A stretch of DNA of 64,000 bases from Obrimoposthia wandeli (lineage: Eukaryota), in assembly GCA_977020255.1 (NCBI GenBank), contig CDROCS010006366.1:1-64000 (forward strand), in the 5' to 3' direction. A program made the translations under genes and the position numbers. Below the pieces are notes generated by a model. It had not been told where the DNA came from and did no database searches. It saw only the letters and a list, made by a program, of their open reading frames with translations. Shown here piece after piece: positions 22,401 through 34,243 of the stretch (within the stretch, counting starts at the first letter, position 1; every line of letters begins with the position of its first letter).

Positions 22401-23946
22401 GATACTACCTGATTGTATCCATTTCTCTTCAACTTATTTATGCATTGTTTTCCCAAAAAGTTGAATTTCGCACTGAATCGGAACAGCCGTGTTTTTAAGT
22501 TTTGAAATTTAGAATTAAACATTTGAAATACTTATGCAAAATTCCTACCTTTGATACAACATCCCGGCGCCATTTATCATCTCACAGATGCCGGTCTCAA
22601 TTTTCTGTAACTTAGCAAATAAATGACAAATGCAAAATTGACATTTGATCTTGATGAACGATCTCTTTTTGATATCGAATTCACTTAAAAATTTGATTGT
22701 GAAAACGTAAAGACAAAATAAATTATTGTAAAAGGCAAACATGTATTTTCAAAACAGAACATTTAGCTACTAAAATTACATGTATATCAATACACTAATT
22801 TGATGGTGTTGTAAACGACAAGTCTTTACGTTTTTAAACTGAAACCTAAAATTTGTTATTTGAAAGAGCAAATTTTGATTAATTGCAATGGTACTTACTT
22901 TGGAGGAATATAGAATTGAGAGGTTTTCTAATTTGGTGAAAAGAAGACATTCAGTGGGATATGAAAGATGCAGCACAAAAATTGCAGATTTCCACCATGA
23001 ACATTTGAGTGTTTTTATTTTAATAATTGTCACTCGCATATTTTGCCTCATAATTGATTTCGAGTCGGAAAACTGAAGAAAGGAAAAGTTCTACTTTTTA
23101 CAGAAATGGACTTATCTTTGCAAAACTCCGATTTATAAGCACGCCGAGTCACTGGCCATACTGTTAACTAAAAGTACTTATCAAAAAATATTTCAACTCG
23201 CCACTTTCTAAAAGTTAATATTATATAGATACAATAATTTGTTCGAAGTTAAATAAATTTACATAGAACTGCGTTTTAAATTATTGTGCTTTTCAAACTC
23301 GTTTCAAAATTTCTTTTTGTAAATATACAAACCCTTTCATATCTTGAAATTTGCTATTATTGAGTTTGACATAATTTAAAGAAGTTGATTGATGTAATTA
23401 AATGTAAAAATATTATTTATAATTACGTGTGAATTTAGAGTTTTGAACGAGGTTTGAGGTCAAATTTATTTAGGTTTCTTTCTTCCGATTTTCAAGGTTT
23501 TTGTACTACGAAATGAGAAAATATTTCTACCTGTATTTTTAAAGAAGAATTGTAAGTACGTGTATATTCAGAATGATACAGGATCATTCCACGTCACGTA
23601 AATGACCGATATTTTACCTTTTTCATGATATTTAACCATCTAGATGAACACCAAACTTAAAATTTCAATATGTTTTGATGTCAGGGCAAAATTGAAACTA
23701 TAAGTAAAAGTTATCAACCATATAGTTTATTTCAAAGTGATCTGTTCACATATTTTAAAGCTCTCAAAGTTCCGTCAAGTAATGGAATCAGAGAAATTCA
23801 GTCATTTTTTAGTTTCAATTCATACTCAATTTTCTCTGAATGTAGCAATAGTTATTCAAAACCTTTACTACTTCGAAATTTCAATGAATATTCGCAACAT
23901 TTAATATAAGTCTAGTTTTACTAAATGGTATTTAATATAGTGCATG

Positions 23947-26333
23947 GGCCATTTCATGTGAGGAAGTGATGTCACGTAACTGACCTCCGCAATTCTGTTC
24001 AGAATTTGTTCATAATTCCTGGTAGAGTTGTAATATTACTTAATTTAAGGTTCCTAACTTCAAAATACGCATTTTCAACCGTCATGGTGATGTTCAAATA
24101 TATAACGTCATTAGGTATAAAGCCTCACAATAATAGTTCAAATAGGCCTTTTGTCAATATTTATCCAGGATATAATCAAGTACGACTCATTGTTTGGAAA
24201 CCCTCATTGGCTGCTATTTTAGATATAACGTAGTTAGTTTTCTTAGAATTAACAGCCACGAAGATGTTAGAAAATACGGATCAAACGATTTGGAATAAAG
24301 GATCATCATCAAAAAGTAAGTTCCTCTATCTTGACGCTTATTTTAAAATTATAAGATATATTTATTTTTATTAGCAGAACATTTATTAATCACATTTGAT
24401 TCCAACTACATCTGCCCAATGAATGAAAGCCTTGCGGGCAAGAAAAATGAAGAGTGATCCTTACTTCAAGAAAAAAGATAGTGAGAGAATTAGTGCACTT
24501 CTAAAAGCAAAGCGATCTTCGATGACACCCATGGATATAGTTGAAAAACTGAGAAGAGAGCGAGAGTACAAGGCCAAGTCACGGCGAAGAGCCAAAGAAA
24601 ATAAAAATAGCAGATCCCATGGTTTCCAAATGCCACAAAGCTTCGGTAAAGCAAATAAGCGTTTACAGGACATCCTTCCAAGATCACCATTGAAGCGAAA
24701 GGGACTAGCGGAATCTGTGGGTATCAGTATTGCTAATAGAATGGATAAAGAATTAACTCAATGTGGCTAAAGGGAGGTGAGTGATGTTATTGCTAATAGA
24801 ATAGATAAAGAATTAACTCAATGTGGCCAAAGGGAGGTGAGTGATGTTATTGCTAATAGAATGGATAAAGAATTAACTCAATGTGGCCAAAGTGAGGGGA
24901 GTGATGTTATTGCTAATAGAATAGATAAAGAATTAACTCAATGTGGCCAAAGTGAGGTGAGTGATGTTATTGCTAATAGAATGGATAAAGAATTAACTCA
25001 ATGTGGCTAAAGGGAGGTGAGTGATGTTATTGCTAATAGAATAGATAAAGAATTAACTCAATGTGGCTAAAGGGAGGTGAGTGATGTTATTGCTAATATA
25101 ATGGATAAAGAATTAACTCAATGTGGCCAAAGGGAGGGGAGTGATGTTATTGCTAATAGAATGGATAAAGAATTAACTCAATGTGGCCAAAGGGAGGTGA
25201 GTGATGTTATTGCTAATAGAATGGATAAAGAATTAACTCAATGTGGCCAAAGTGAGGTGAGTGATGTTATTGCTAATAGAATGGATAAAGAATTAACTCA
25301 ATGTGGCCAAAGTGAGGGGAGTGATGTTATTGCTAATAGAATGGATAAAGAATTAACTCAATGTGGCTAAAGGGAGGGGAGTGATGTTATTGCTAGTTTT
25401 TACATTAGAGAATACATTTCGTACACAGCTCCTGGAATGCGCGATGAGATGACGGTGTGAAAGAGAAAATATTACTTGTTGATGTATCTAAAGGAAGTTT
25501 TGTCATTTTCAAACTTAAGCATCCATCTTTTGCGATAGGTTCCAGTACATTCGCATCTTTAAGACCCAAAAATGTGTATATTTTGCGAGATAGTCCTTCT
25601 GATCAATGTAAGTGTGCAGTGCATGAGAACGTTTTGATGAAACTTATCTTGGACTCAAATATGATAATCAAATTTGGATTGAGTTGTCCGATTTGAATGG
25701 TCCTTGTTGGAAAGAAGATTGTCATCAATGTGTGTCAGGTACAAAGTTCATTAGCATGAGAGAGAACAATGATAAGGAAAAATATGTAACTTGGAAGGAA
25801 TGGGCCAAAGACTGTAGCGGTTGGTGATCTGTCAAAATAAGAGAGGGATACGGTGGAGAGTTAGAGGAGGAAGTTGTCGGATCGTTTGATCAATTCAGAG
25901 AACACGTTAGGGTTCAGAGAATACAAAGTGATTATTTCCCAGTACTGAAAGGAGATAAACGAGGAAGCATGCTGCAAGTTGATTTTGCAATGGGTCATGT
26001 TTGGGAATTTCAAAACGAATTTCAAAGTGCCCTTTGGTCTCGACAGTGCGTCAATCTGTTTACTGCATCATATACCCAAAGAGGCGTGTTTAACAAATCA
26101 TTTTGTTTCCTACACGGTCTTGGCTTGTTTGAGAAAGTTTTTGGCCCAATTAACATAAGTGAAATCGGCCAGTGTTTTACAATATTTTCTGATGGACCAA
26201 GTTCTGAGTTTAAAAACAATTTTTGCGTAAAAATGCCTCACATTTTGAAGCATCAAATCAATCTCACATGTGATATTCAGTGGTCTTGCTCAGCCACATC
26301 ACGTGGCAAGGGTGTAGTTGACAGGATCGGCGG
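23947..26333 (+). mobile_element. Decayed DNA transposon, 5' part (Sola2-like, superfamily tentative)
   Basis: Fragments PQSFGKA..LPRSPLKRK, FASLRPK, LQVDFA...QSALW, FSDGPSSEFKN, ATSRGKGVVDRIGG; subterminal GTCACGTAACTGAC at 23971. Confidence 0.7.
24728..25395 (+). repeat. 60-bp tandem array (11 units) inside the transposase coding region
   Basis: The unit encodes IANRMDKELTQCGQREVSDV; four units carry TAA instead of CAA. Confidence 0.95.
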
Positions 26334-26387
26334 TGGACTCTAGTTAGAATTCACGATGTTAGCTTTGATCTAACAAAGTTCACTGAC

Positions 26388-29330
26388 ATGATATATCTTT
26401 CGGGGAGTTCATACATTCCTTCACCTAGATCTCTTCAACTTTCACGTTCCATTGTTAACATACAAAACAGTGATAACCTTTGGTTTCTGTATAGCGTGTT
26501 GGCCATCCTCAAAAGGGATGTAATTACTGAGCATAGAGAGCGTGTCAGTAAATATGCCCCTTTTATAAATGAATTGCAGTATCATGGAATAGATTTTCCT
26601 GTTAAATTAACTGCGATATCAAGATTTGAACATCTTAATAACTTGAGTATTAATGTATTCAAATATAATACTGACATCCCAGTTAATGTAACAGATGAAG
26701 AAATTTTTAAAAATCCTTTTGTAGATGTAATTTATAGGAGCAAAAATGAGGGGACTCAGGTCAACTTCATTTTGCTCGAACAGAATAATAAATTCCATTA
26801 TGCTGCAATTCCCTGTTTAGATCGTCTTCTCAATTTAGATAATGGAGCCTTACCGGTTAGGATAAGGTGTAAGTGGTGTCATATATGTTTGCATGGGTTC
26901 CGATCCGAGCTCTCTTACAGCAAACATCTGACATTATGTTCACTGAATCCTGATGACAATACGCTATATAGCATGCCTAAGGATAAGGATTTAAAATTCA
27001 GGGATTGGGCAAAATGCATACCCGTGGAATTCAGGGTGTATGCAGATTTTGAGTCAATTTTAGCATTGCACGACCAGTATGAGAGTATTCACCTACCGGC
27101 TTCAGCAGGACTACTATTCTTAGGCCCCAATATTACCCAGTATCATAAATTTTCCGATTCAAATTGTATTTTAGATTTTATGTTAAAATTAGAGGAATTA
27201 GGAACAACAATTGTCAAACCGTGGTATGATCTCAATGCTCATCAAGCAATGATCATGACAGGCATAGACTGGGTTAATTTTAATTCTTGTAGATTATGTT
27301 ATTTGTGTGGAACCCAGTCTAAGTTAGTCAGAGATCACGATCATGTTACGGGGCGATACTTGGGAGCGGCGTGCAACCTTTGTAATCTTGGCCGTCGTCT
27401 CCCTAAAAAACCACGCATTCCCATCGTGTTTCATAACCTCAAAGGATATGATTTGCATCATAAACTTAAATACGCGTTGGGTACATTAAGCTCTTGGGAA
27501 ATTTCATGTATACCTCAAACTTCAGAGAAATATTTATCTTTAACTGCATATACTGAATTCTGCAGTTTAAGATTCATAGATTCTCTGCAGTTTTTGAGCG
27601 GGTCTTTAAAAAATTTAACGGCATCTTTAAATGCATGGCCAATTACACAGTCAGTGTTTCCAGCTTCGGTTAACGATAAGGGGATATTTCCGTATAAATT
27701 TGCGAAAACTTTCGCAGATTTAGAAAATACAACTGAAATCCCACCCATAACTGAATTTGAGGGTGTAAGTCTTCAAGACTATAATGAGGCCCGTACATTT
27801 TGGGTGAATAATTGTCAAAATCTTCTCGAATATATGCTTTATTATATGAAGTTAGACATTTATCTTTTAGCTGATGTTTTTGAGTCCTTTCGTGTAAAGT
27901 CTTTAGCAGAAGATGGGCTAGATCCCATGCATTTCTTTAGTTTACCTGGTCTTTCATGGGCAACAGCAATAAAAACTCTTAAAATTAATATCGAGTTACT
28001 GCAAGATCCCGCGATGTATCAAATGTATGATTATGGTATACGCGGTGGAATGACTTTTGTCAACAAACATCATGTTGTCAAAAATCAATCCACGGAGATT
28101 CTGTACATCGATATTAATAATTTGTATGGGTGGGCGCTTACTCAACCTCTACCTCATGCCAACTTTAAGTGGGTTTATGATGTGGATCAGTTGAATAAGT
28201 TGATGACAGATTTGGCTACTGTTGATACAGTTTCATCCGACGTCGGCTATTTGGTTGAGGTGGACATAAAAATCCCTCCCAATGTGCATGATAAATTAGA
28301 TGATCTTCCAGTAGCGCCTGTTCATCAATGCCCACCTAATTCAAAGGTTAAGAAATTATTGTTAACCCGTGAAGACAAGTTGAATTATGTTATGCATTGG
28401 CGGCTTCTTCAATTCTACTTAAAGTTGGGAGCGAAAGTTACTCGAATTCATCGTGCTATAAGTTTCAGTCAAAACTTTGTGTTTAAAGACTATATGGAGA
28501 AGAATTCAAGAAAACGTAATTTGGCCACTAGCAAATTCGATCGAGATTTTTACAAGTTAAAAAGTAATAGTATCCTTGGAAAAACTGTAGAGGACTTGCG
28601 GAAACGTATTTGTCTACGGTTTTGCAATGATGAGCGTAAACTAATAACATATACTAGCAAGTACAACTTCAATCGTAGTTTTACAATTGCAGATGACTTG
28701 GTAGCAGTGTTATTAGGAAAACAGAGTATTTGTCTCGATCGACCGAGTTATATAGGTCAAACGGTTTTAGACATTTCTAAACTCAGAATGTATGAGCTTC
28801 AATACATAGAATTGGAGAAATACCGACAAGAATTTAATTGTGAGATTAAAATCGCAGCTGGGGACACTGACTCTTTCTTTTTAGAATGTAGGAATGTTAG
28901 TTTAAATAATCAATTATTACCAGCAATGTTTAGGGACAACTTACTAGATACCCATAAATATCCCGCTAACCATCCTCTACACTCTATGAGTTTAAAGGAC
29001 ATTATCGGGAAATTTAAGGATGAAAGCGAGGGACAGGTTTCGTATGATGATTGTAATTTCCTACGCCCGAAATGCTACAGTTTACATGCATATAATAATA
29101 CATGTTCAATGAGAGCAAAGGGTGTGAGAAGAAACAATCTTACACATGAGGCCTACCGGAAAGTTTATGATACTGGGTGTATTGAAAGCGTTGAGCAAAC
29201 TAGATTTATTTCAAGAGCCCATCAACTGTATTCCCATAAATCAACCAAAATCGCGTTGAGTAGTAATGACGACAAGCGCTTTTGGGTAGAAAAGAACGCT
29301 AGCCTGGCTTATGGACACTTCAAAATTTAA
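26388..29330 (+). CDS. pPolB: Protein-primed DNA polymerase B, 980-aa open frame, 5'-truncated
   Basis: All exo and pol motifs are present in one frame (motif B reads NSILGK versus NSLFGK in copy 1). Homology begins at 26334; the native promoter and N-terminus are lost. Confidence 0.92.
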   Translation: MIYLSGSSYIPSPRSLQLSRSIVNIQNSDNLWFLYSVLAILKRDVITEHRERVSKYAPFINELQYHGIDFPVKLTAISRFEHLNNLSINVFKYNTDIPVNVTDEEIFKNPFVDVIYRSKNEGTQVNFILLEQNNKFHYAAIPCLDRLLNLDNGALPVRIRCKWCHICLHGFRSELSYSKHLTLCSLNPDDNTLYSMPKDKDLKFRDWAKCIPVEFRVYADFESILALHDQYESIHLPASAGLLFLGPNITQYHKFSDSNCILDFMLKLEELGTTIVKPWYDLNAHQAMIMTGIDWVNFNSCRLCYLCGTQSKLVRDHDHVTGRYLGAACNLCNLGRRLPKKPRIPIVFHNLKGYDLHHKLKYALGTLSSWEISCIPQTSEKYLSLTAYTEFCSLRFIDSLQFLSGSLKNLTASLNAWPITQSVFPASVNDKGIFPYKFAKTFADLENTTEIPPITEFEGVSLQDYNEARTFWVNNCQNLLEYMLYYMKLDIYLLADVFESFRVKSLAEDGLDPMHFFSLPGLSWATAIKTLKINIELLQDPAMYQMYDYGIRGGMTFVNKHHVVKNQSTEILYIDINNLYGWALTQPLPHANFKWVYDVDQLNKLMTDLATVDTVSSDVGYLVEVDIKIPPNVHDKLDDLPVAPVHQCPPNSKVKKLLLTREDKLNYVMHWRLLQFYLKLGAKVTRIHRAISFSQNFVFKDYMEKNSRKRNLATSKFDRDFYKLKSNSILGKTVEDLRKRICLRFCNDERKLITYTSKYNFNRSFTIADDLVAVLLGKQSICLDRPSYIGQTVLDISKLRMYELQYIELEKYRQEFNCEIKIAAGDTDSFFLECRNVSLNNQLLPAMFRDNLLDTHKYPANHPLHSMSLKDIIGKFKDESEGQVSYDDCNFLRPKCYSLHAYNNTCSMRAKGVRRNNLTHEAYRKVYDTGCIESVEQTRFISRAHQLYSHKSTKIALSSNDDKRFWVEKNASLAYGHFKI

Positions 29331-29589
29331 ACGGTTTCCATTTTTTGATTTTTTTAGTTTAGTTTTTTAAAATTTTAGATCCTTATGGCACCTAGACTCT
29401 AACTTATTTGTTATTTCAATACTTTTTTAGGATGGACCTTATTTATTATGCCTTATCTTTGCTGACATATATCATTGTGATGTTGTGATTAATAAATGTA
29501 TTAAAAAAAATTGTCTTATGTCTTTTATTATTTTACCCTTAAATTTTTAGAGATTTAAAAGATAATTCAAAATAAAACATTTAAAATTT

Positions 29590-29985
29590 TTATTTTTTAA
29601 CACACTTATCGTTTTGCAACGATAACCATAAAATACATAAATGTCCACAGTTTCTCGTCGCAGGATCCTGATATTGTATCTTGTTGTAAAATACTCTTCT
29701 TCGTCCTTTTTGAATAGTTGAAACAAGTTTGTGTGGATAATACATTGCAAGTGGATCAAATACATGTATTGTCCACTCTCTAACATAAATAGCTATCCAA
29801 TGTTCTCCTGGTAAATTCGAAGTATAAGTATTGATAATGTAACCTCCAGATTGAAAAAATGGAATCATATCAATAGGATAAACTCCATTGAATTTATCAC
29901 CCAGGACCTTCTCTGCTGATTCTTTTACTTGTTTTGAACTAAATAAAAATTAATAAATATAAATTTAAAATATGACTTACTCCAT
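29590..29985 (-). CDS. PRO: Maturation protease, 117 aa, two exons (29985-29981, 29938-29590)
   Basis: ATGGA|GTAAGT...TTTAG|T yields MDSKQVKESAEKVLGDKFNGVYPIDMIP...GEHW...FDP...YQD...NCG; 354 nt in frame. Confidence 0.9.
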
Positions 29986-29986
29986 T

Positions 29987-31217
29987 CTATAATATGACAG
30001 TTCTGTTTTTATTGATTTGTATTTCCGAATCAAATACTCCGTAAATAAGCACCGTAGTAGGATTTGTTAAAGTTGCATTGAACTTAATTTCTAGTCGTAA
30101 ATTTCCATCCTTTGGTAGTTGGCATTGGTTTATATCAAAGTCTGGTGCCAAAACAAATGTGAAGAACGGGCAGCTGATTTTAAAGTCAGTGAAAGAAATA
30201 CTATTGTTTATATTTTTATCTAGTTGACCCAAATTTCGAATAATAGATAGGGTATAAGCCAAAGCATAAGCGTTACCTTCGAAATCTGTTTTATATGTTT
30301 CACGATAATCAGTATTTCTTGAAAGTGTCACTGAACCAACATTAAGATTGTCAAATTGAGTTGCATCTGTCGTATAATTTCCTAGAAACTTTACAGTTTT
30401 TTGAAAAGAAATTAAAATGAATTTCGGTAATCTTACATCACCAAAAATTTGATCCTTATTAAAAGCTTGTGTACCCGTACCTAAAGAATAAGATATAAGT
30501 TTAGTTTCTCTAATATGATAACAAGCATTGTTTTTTTCCATTCCTATATTATGTGCCATTAAAACTGATTGCTCGGTTTTAACTCTTCGAACATACAATT
30601 TTGCATCCAAAATATCAAGTCTAGGTTTTTTGAACGTCTGTGCTTATCAAAGAAAAATTCCATTTATTACGTTTCAAACGAAGATGTACATTAACACTGG
30701 GAATTAAATATTTCGGTTGTTCAAAGAAATTCAATCTCAAAGACCCACACATTTCGTAAGCTTTAGAACCTGCAATCCATTCTTTGCGAGTTGAATCAGT
30801 TTTATCATAACCAATGGTTGCCAAATTAGTATTTTGAGTATCAGTACTATAATTCAAAAGACTTTCAATCAAAGCTTTATGAGCATAGGAAGAATTTCCA
30901 CCTTCAATTTTGACATTATTAAGAGTAACAATGGCATCATTAAATAAAGAATTAAATAGATAATTTACAGGTGTTACATCGGCATTTTCATCTAAATTAG
31001 TACCATCCCGATTTAATAATTTTATTTGAACATAAATCAAAGTATCATTCAAATCTAAATACTCGCTATTGGAACCAATTATATTAAATTCTAAATCGGT
31101 TAAAGTGGTTCCTGAAACTGAGTTAACAAGGAATATTTCTTCAAAGGAAGCATTATCTACAACTACTTGTGGAAGCGGTTTATCAAAAATACATAATTCA
31201 GTTTTGGCGCAACTCAT
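29987..31217 (-). pseudogene. MCP: Major capsid protein, single frameshift near 30625
   Basis: Two ORF halves (198 and 207 aa) are colinear with copy 1. Confidence 0.85.
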
Positions 31218-31591
31218 TTTGCAAATATTGTTCCTTCAACTTTCTTACGTTTGTTTATATTAATTTTTAGCTTCTTTTTACTTTTAAATCCACTACCTCC
31301 TTGGCTTTTATTTGATTTACGTTTTCTAATCAAATTAGCAACTTCAGGTAAAACATTATCAAGTTCATCAAGCGCATGCTTCTTAAAAGTTGGTATTGGT
31401 TTATTGTCATTAGATGAAAGGTAATCCTTTCCTAATTTTGATATAAATCGCCCGAGTCTCTTTAAAAGAGGATAGGCAAATCTACCTAATGTTCTAAGCC
31501 AGCAAGATCCGTATTGTTTACCAACAAAATATGGTAATTCTCCACCTTGTTGGCTTTGACTATAAGCTTCAATTATTGCTGGATTCACCAT
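31214..31591 (-). CDS. 125-aa small basic protein with QxGG/QxGS motifs and an amphipathic helix
   Basis: QQGGELPYFVGKQYGS-WLRTLGRFAYPLLKRLGRFISKLGK; basic C-terminus; overlaps the mCP stop and MCP start. Confidence 0.8.
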   Translation of the reverse strand: MVNPAIIEAYSQSQQGGELPYFVGKQYGSCWLRTLGRFAYPLLKRLGRFISKLGKDYLSSNDNKPIPTFKKHALDELDNVLPEVANLIRKRKSNKSQGGSGFKSKKKLKININKRKKVEGTIFAK

Positions 31592-32626
31592 TTTGTTTTC
31601 TTAAATGTATTGTTAAACTTGTCTTGGCCTCGTACGTCAAATCTATTAGTTGTCCGGAATCATATCTAATATTTACTTCGATATTGCTTATAGAAAAGAG
31701 AGAAACTGGAAGATACATTGGTTGATCTATACACATACCGACAGTGTCCTCATCTCTAGTTTCATTTTTAGATATCCATATTGTTCTCAAAAGTGGAACT
31801 CGCTGTCCTCCTACAAGCAATGGTTCTATTAAAATAGTATAAATATATAAATGATTAACAACATTTAAAAGTTTTGCCTTATTTTTAGCTTTTATGGTTT
31901 TTATTGTATGGGTTTCAAAGGTATTTCTGTTTAAACCAAGGTTTTTAGCGAGTTTATCATCAAATGAAACTCGTTTTATATTGCTCTTTACTGTAAACGT
32001 TAATTTACCATTTAATGTTTCACATTTATCCAAATATTCACTACATTCCTTCTGTATTAATTTACACAAATTCACTTCACTATCTATTTTATAATCTTTT
32101 GAAAACGTTTTCAGTTCCACTACAGTCTTTGTTCTCGTTTCAAGTAACAACACTTTTGCTACTCTACCAGGAACATTTCTAACCGCATTAGATGAGATAA
32201 TATCCCGTTTATTACGAGCTACTGTTTGTTCACTATCAAAACTGAATTGAAGAGCTTCTTTTTTAGATTAAAATTAATTTTAATAACTTAAAGAAATTTT
32301 AATCGATTTTTAAATCTGACTTTGTTATTTTCAAATATTACTTTCACTTCTTTATCTATACAATTGTAATAGAATTGTCCTTTACTATCAAACCCGATCA
32401 CAACTTCAGTTGTTTTTTCATGATCAACTTCTTTTGTAAACGAAATATGTGAGTTTTTTTTGATAGTAATTGGAGAATAATAAAAAGAAAATTCTGTTAA
32501 AGCCGCTTCCCATTCTCCTTGGAGATTTATAGAATTTTCCCAATCGATAATAAAGCTACTAGCGTCATTATCTGATTGAGTCTTCGGACATCCGTTACTT
32601 GGTAAAACCATATACATAGAATTCAT
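31569..32626 (-). pseudogene. mCP: Minor capsid protein, nonsense plus 1-nt deletion near 32270-32290
   Basis: Colinear with copy 1; CAA>TAA at 32290. Confidence 0.85.
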
Positions 32627-33651
32627 ATTATATTAGATGCTGATATCCAAGTTGGGTCTGAATAACCATGCCATTTAACAAAGTATTGTTTATGTTTACC
32701 TGTACCCTTAGATTTTAATATTTTTTGAATACGGAAAACGCTAGGTTTATTTGATATTACTTGTAGTTCTTGCTCGTAAAATTTACCGTGAACGATATTA
32801 TTGTCAGCATCTTTAATAGTATACATTATTGGATTACTCTTTTGATCAAATTTACTTATACAAAATATTTCATCGCTCCAATTCTGATCAAAGTTTTTAA
32901 TAAATGGAGTAGAGCTAATTTTCGAAATTCGAACATATTCGTTTTTCTTATATTTAGCTTTTTTAATTTTATCTTTTTTATTCTTGTTCATCCAAATGTC
33001 CATAGAGTTTTTATTAGTAACATCAACAGGTCTCATTCCCTTGAGACCTCTATGTTCAGAGTGATTATATGCATGTATTATTTTAGGTAAAACTTGGATC
33101 CATTTTTTATTTCCTTCTTTTGTGAAATACTTTTTTATTCGATCTCTTAGAGTACGATTAAATCTTTCTACTACTGCTGCTTTGTATTGTGAAAACACAG
33201 AGTAATGATTTATATTATTTTGTTTAAATAATGATTTAACTTGCTTATTATAAAATTCTTTTCCTAAATCTGTTTGCACATTTTGTGGAATGTCCTCTTT
33301 TAATATTTCTTTAATGGCTTCAATCATAGCTATTGAAGACTTTGCTTTAACTGGAATTGCACGAGCAAACCTGCTAAATACATCAATACATGTTAAAATA
33401 TATCGATATCCCTTATTAATGGAAGAATATGGAATCATCTCCATCAAATCCATTTGCCATAAATTATTAGGACCGCTGGTTTTGTAAACTCTAGTTGGAA
33501 ACCTTCTTCTCATCGGCTTGTTCAGACTGTAGGCTAACTGGTCGCTCAGCCATTTCTGTGTTTTCTTGTAATTTTGTTTTGTTCTTTTTGTTAATTTTGA
33601 AACTCCTGTGTAGCCAATTGGATCTTTTGGATTGAACCATATCTTCTCCAT
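32623..33651 (-). CDS. INT: Intact RVE integrase with chromodomain (likely start MEKIWF at 33651)
   Basis: DDE motifs and chromodomain in one frame. The copy-3 homologue also starts at the equivalent Met. Confidence 0.93.
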   Translation of the reverse strand: MEKIWFNPKDPIGYTGVSKLTKRTKQNYKKTQKWLSDQLAYSLNKPMRRRFPTRVYKTSGPNNLWQMDLMEMIPYSSINKGYRYILTCIDVFSRFARAIPVKAKSSIAMIEAIKEILKEDIPQNVQTDLGKEFYNKQVKSLFKQNNINHYSVFSQYKAAVVERFNRTLRDRIKKYFTKEGNKKWIQVLPKIIHAYNHSEHRGLKGMRPVDVTNKNSMDIWMNKNKKDKIKKAKYKKNEYVRISKISSTPFIKNFDQNWSDEIFCISKFDQKSNPIMYTIKDADNNIVHGKFYEQELQVISNKPSVFRIQKILKSKGTGKHKQYFVKWHGYSDPTWISASNII

Positions 33652-33709
33652 TACAACAATTTGAATAGAAAGAAAATTTAAGTTTAGGTAAAGAAGGGCT
33701 AGCACCCAT
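33491..33709 (-). CDS. 72-aa putative acylated peptide overlapping the integrase start
   Basis: Intact homologue of 6386-6604. Confidence 0.55.
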   Translation of the reverse strand: MGASPSLPKLKFSFYSNCCNGEDMVQSKRSNWLHRSFKINKKNKTKLQENTEMAERPVSLQSEQADEKKVSN

Positions 33710-33737
33710 ATCTTTAGCTGATTTTAGAAATAATTGT

Positions 33738-34066
33738 TTATGAACGTGTCACAGCTATAATACTACTGATAATTGAAGCAACAACTGGAATAACAGCCCC
33801 TATGAAACCACCATTCTGTTTAAGAATAATATTTCGTTTCCTTTTTTTACTTTTTACATTAGCAATATCTAGAAGAGTTTTTCTATATTTCTTTAATATA
33901 TTTTTCCGATTTCCAACTTTTACTCGACCCAAAACTATATTATATAAAACTTCCAATAAATCATCTACAACAAAGGATGGAAATGCTTTAAGAATAATAA
34001 TTCTCTTATTAGAAGAGGCTTTGACTAAAGCTTTAAATAGGGTATGCTTCTTTGTATTTTCTTCAT
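33738..34066 (-). pseudogene. Small basic core-type protein (KQNGGF), -1 frameshift near the start
   Basis: ATG at 34066; the frame shifts after about 11 codons; TATAAACA 36 nt upstream. Confidence 0.7.
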
Positions 34067-34243
34067 TTTAATAAAAAAGGTTCAATTTAAATATTGTTTA
34101 TATTCGAAGCCATTTAAGTTTTTTTTATTTTAACTACAGATTTGATTAATTTTTTCACTTCTTTTTTCTTAATGATTCTTTTTTTTGATTTCTTAGATTT
34201 TACTTTACGTTTTACTATCAACTTTGTAAAAGGCATTGCGAAT

